DNA of 26,985 bases from IMG/VR virus record IMGVR_UViG_3300027881_000062, positions 1 to 26,985 of that record. One strand, written 5' to 3'. This DNA is from a virus. Its lineage: Duplodnaviria; Caudoviricetes. Positions 24,245 to 26,985 of this stretch are shown here, in pieces. Each line of letters opens with the position of its first letter. The first letter of the stretch is position 1. The notes under the pieces are model-generated. The model was not told the origin of the DNA and did not search any database. It saw nothing but the letters and a program-made list of their open reading frames with translations. Position numbers and translations under genes: made by a program.

Positions 24245-25054
24245 TCAGTCGTCCACCACAATTGCTTTACCAGTGGCAATCTCTTCAATATGCCTTGACT
24301 TCGCGGCCTCGTCACTGCGGGGAATACGTATAATTCCGTCGGATCCAGGACCTGCAGGGGGTTTGCCGCCCTTACCGTCCGTGCTAGTGCTGGCCTCAAA
24401 GAGGTACGGCGCATCCTTTACCGTTTGTACAAGCCACTCGTCAATCGTCAGCGGATTGGCTTCGCCCCCATACACTTGCTCGCCCGCTGCATTGAGAGCG
24501 ACAAGCTTGCCCTCCTCGTTGACACGCCACACTGATCCGGCCCGTGAAAAGATGTCAGCTAAGGCACCTTTGATCGGTCTGTTGCCGGACGACGATATGA
24601 CCTTCCCGACTTCCGATTCCACAAGCACCGATGACAATCTTCCCTCATGCTTGGCACTTATTTCCTTCGCACTTGCGAGGGATTCAGTTAAGCTGACAAT
24701 CTGTGCCTCAAAGTCCGAACGCATCTTCTCCGTGCGGCTGGCTAACAACTCATCAAGCTTGCCAGCGTCGATCAACTTCTTGTCCTTAATCGATTGCTCC
24801 TGTTCCGTAAGGCGCTGGAACTCTTCCACCTCATCTTGCGTCAGCACCTTCTTCCCGTCGAACGCTTTCAGCTTCTCTGTTAGACTGATATTATTTGTCC
24901 GGAAGTCATCAAGGCGGCTTTTGATTGTGGTCAGTTCATCTACCGCAACCATACCCTCGACCTCAAGGACCCACTTTCCGTCCTTCTCTACATATAAGGC
25001 CGCTTGGGCTTCAGGTACATCCTCCTTCTTTGCATAACTTACTTGTAATGACAT
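24245..25054 (-). CDS. Capsid scaffolding protein (269 aa)
   Basis: LYVEKDGKWVLEVEG, DFRTNN, coiled-coil middle, APYLFE.S...G.GG C-terminus; directly upstream of the capsid gene. Confidence 0.85.
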   Translation of the reverse strand: MSLQVSYAKKEDVPEAQAALYVEKDGKWVLEVEGMVAVDELTTIKSRLDDFRTNNISLTEKLKAFDGKKVLTQDEVEEFQRLTEQEQSIKDKKLIDAGKLDELLASRTEKMRSDFEAQIVSLTESLASAKEISAKHEGRLSSVLVESEVGKVISSSGNRPIKGALADIFSRAGSVWRVNEEGKLVALNAAGEQVYGGEANPLTIDEWLVQTVKDAPYLFEASTSTDGKGGKPPAGPGSDGIIRIPRSDEAAKSRHIEEIATGKAIVVDD

Positions 25055-25067
25055 TTCTTTCTCCTAT

Positions 25068-25219
25068 GGGCCACTGGCCCCGCTGTAATGTGCTGTCACC
25101 TGACAGCACAGTCAAAAAACCGTGTAAAACGTTCTATATCGCTTGCTGTCCGCGGTTGACAGCCCTTTTCCGCATGATCCAGTGCATACGTGTAGGATCC
25201 TACTGTCAATCGGTGACAG
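25068..25219. promoter_or_regulatory. Palindrome-rich intergenic region upstream of the scaffold gene (candidate promoter/operators or structured RNA)
   Basis: Dyads at 25068-25080, 25089-25110, 25145-25163, 25192-25203 and 25203-25219; minus-strand TTGACA at 25209-25204. Confidence 0.5.
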
Positions 25220-25238
25220 CCCGTTTCCGTGATTATCA

Positions 25239-25370
25239 CTATCTCTTCCTTCTACTGCCTCTTCGGCTGGCTTGTATGGCCTGCAGTTGCTTCTTCTTCT
25301 GCTTCTTGGTTCCGGTGCCTGGTACGTTCGGGATCCGAAACTTTCCACCCTTAGCTTTGATTACTGGCAT
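25239..25370 (-). CDS. Small highly basic protein (43 aa); not in the ORF track
   Basis: AGGAGA RBS; MPVIKAKGGKFRIPNVPGTGTKKQKKKQLQAIQASRRGSRRKR; ends TAG TGA TAA. Confidence 0.75.
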   Translation of the reverse strand: MPVIKAKGGKFRIPNVPGTGTKKQKKKQLQAIQASRRGSRRKR

Positions 25371-25379
25371 GTCATTCTC

Positions 25380-25646
25380 CTATGCCGTTTGTACCTCGAA
25401 CCCAGCTATAAGTAGGCGCGTCTCAAGAGCGTCGATAAAGTACTCGCTAGCAGTTGTTATCACTGCCTCGACGTCGCCACTAGCCTGGCCTTTCTGCAAA
25501 GGTGCCTCTTGCGCTTGCAGTACGTTAATACCATTTTTGACCAAGTCAGTAACAAGGCCTGTCAATTTGTCCGACTCCGAATCAATAAGGTCGAATGTCT
25601 TGTCGTCAATTTTACCGATCACAATGCCTAATTCTCGGACGATCAT
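25380..25646 (-). CDS. Small acidic protein (88 aa), candidate immunity/partner of the upstream peptidase
   Basis: Start re-assigned to ATG 25646 (ATGA overlap with the upstream stop, GGAGAG RBS). The function is inference. Confidence 0.6.
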   Translation of the reverse strand: MIVRELGIVIGKIDDKTFDLIDSESDKLTGLVTDLVKNGINVLQAQEAPLQKGQASGDVEAVITTASEYFIDALETRLLIAGFEVQTA

Positions 25647-26985
25647 AATTCTCTCCAAAGTATTTCCATTTCTTTACTAAATAAGGTTTGATAAAAGTTA
25701 TAGGTGTCAGGTTGCATGGTACGCATCAGGTGGCGGCTGCCACGTGCATTAAAATAGCCAGCAAATGTTTCCGCGAACCATTCCTTTGCATTGTACAAAC
25801 TGTAGGATGTTTGACTGTGGCCTTTCATGTGCCTTTCTATATGCCACGAATACTTTCTTTGCTGTGCTGGCGAGATAACTCCGCCTGTCAACCTAAGCTC
25901 TAATTTCTTGCCTACAGCTTTCGAGGCCTTTCTGTATTCCTTCATCATCTTCGTGTAGGCCTCATTCAATTCGCCTAGCTGTACCTGTGCAGCTTTTGAT
26001 AAAGTTTTATTCCTCATCATACGTGCGTTCGCTCTAAACAAAGAGAAATCAATATGGTGGCCGAACTCGTGTATCCATGTTTCTGTCATGCGGAACGAAC
26101 CTGAATCTACCATACCCGTGACGCGGAGGCTGGGCCAGTATGCACCGCTAACATCACCAGTGTATTTATTTCCAAACGGATCCCACAGGCGCCCTCGCCT
26201 GCCCATATTGTATATTTCGGAGGTTGCACCATTTTTCAACATCGAATCGGCCAATGCTTTATTAAAACCATTCTCACCCATCGTTTTTAGTGCATCCTCT
26301 AATCTTTTCAACTGAGAGTTCGAAAGTTGCCCGAGACGTTTATCCTCCTTCAATAATGCACGGATGGCCTCTTTAGCATTTGCTGTGCTGGCAGTAAATT
26401 GTTTGACAGTCTTTGCGGCCTCCGACGTGAACCCAAATGTCTTGCCGTTCCGAGGTGCTAGGAACCGATTGCTCTTAATGCTCCACGGTACCACTTTAAT
26501 GCCGCGCTTGGTTTTGTCATAAACCTTCCACACGTTGCCATCAGCATCTTTGAAAACACTTTTAATATTTAACCTTCTGTAATTCTCTGGCGCTGTAAAT
26601 ATTGCCTTGGGTGCGCCTGCCGTAGTAGTAGTTGGCCCAACCGGAGGCTTAACGGGCGGCTTAACTGGAGGCGTAATGGGAGGCTTGCCGAACGTCAGCT
26701 TGGTCCTATTCCTAGCTGTTACGAATTTGCCTGTCCGAGTACTCCAGTGGACAGACTCGAGACCGCTCCTCGTCTTCTTAATTACTTTGAACGCCTCCCC
26801 GTTGAGTATGTACTGGTCGCCAACCTTAAGAGCCCGCAATCCTTCTAACGAAACGGTAGGGATGCTAGTCGGCGGTGCGATAAACGCTTCGGGCTTCGGT
26901 GTCGGTGCCTTGCGTGGCAGTGTTAGCGGTGGAGGAGCTCGAGGCGGCAGCTTGAGGGGCAAAGGCTTGTTGGCAGGCAGTTTGC
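25643..26985 (-). CDS. C-terminal part of a probable minor head (MuF-type) protein with a zincin metallopeptidase domain; probably 5'-truncated
   Basis: Frame stays open to the window edge (KLPANKPLPLKLP...). HEFGH at 26057-26071; YSLYNAKEWFAETF with EWFAE at 25769-25783. Position upstream of the scaffold; the MuF domain itself is not visible. Confidence 0.7.
   Translation of the reverse strand, partial: KLPANKPLPLKLPPRAPPPLTLPRKAPTPKPEAFIAPPTSIPTVSLEGLRALKVGDQYILNGEAFKVIKKTRSGLESVHWSTRTGKFVTARNRTKLTFGKPPITPPVKPPVKPPVGPTTTTAGAPKAIFTAPENYRRLNIKSVFKDADGNVWKVYDKTKRGIKVVPWSIKSNRFLAPRNGKTFGFTSEAAKTVKQFTASTANAKEAIRALLKEDKRLGQLSNSQLKRLEDALKTMGENGFNKALADSMLKNGATSEIYNMGRRGRLWDPFGNKYTGDVSGAYWPSLRVTGMVDSGSFRMTETWIHEFGHHIDFSLFRANARMMRNKTLSKAAQVQLGELNEAYTKMMKEYRKASKAVGKKLELRLTGGVISPAQQRKYSWHIERHMKGHSQTSYSLYNAKEWFAETFAGYFNARGSRHLMRTMQPDTYNFYQTLFSKEMEILWREL

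Noticed and set aside
25112-25348. 78-aa minus-strand ORF in the track
   Set aside because: Overlaps a better-supported 43-aa ORF with a strong RBS and runs through the palindrome-rich intergenic region.
24-26315. Plus-strand ORFs in the track (e.g. 16521-17369, 17910-18863, 24114-25037, 24925-25680)
   Set aside because: Antisense shadows of well-supported minus-strand genes, with Ser-rich compositions and no recognisable motifs.

Overview
This window is the head-to-tail morphogenesis region of a long, non-contractile-tailed (siphovirus-like) phage or prophage, with every supported gene on the minus strand. In transcription order (right to left): the C-terminal part of a probable MuF-type protein with an HExxH metallopeptidase domain, a coupled small acidic ORF, a 43-aa basic ORF, scaffold, P22-gp5-type major capsid protein, neck genes, tail terminator, tail tube, tail assembly chaperone with a -1 frameshift, tape measure, distal tail and hub genes, an NlpC/P60-like gene, and a 2834-aa tail tip protein with ten ~90-100-aa repeats. 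A further ~5.7 kb holds uncharacterised, partly repeat-rich genes that may encode a second appendage. No integrase, terminase, portal, lysin, reverse transcriptase, tRNA or CRISPR is recognisable. The most unusual signals are non-coding. (1) A ~25-30-nt hairpin element (core TGGTGCCAACCA) overlaps the ribosome-binding sites of two distant genes, and an inverted copy lies in the capsid gene's 3' UTR. (2) A long hairpin in the capsid leader pairs over the capsid Shine-Dalgarno. (3) A cluster of CTGTC/GACAG dyads lies upstream of the scaffold gene. Family calls come from remembered motifs and gene order; no database search was run.
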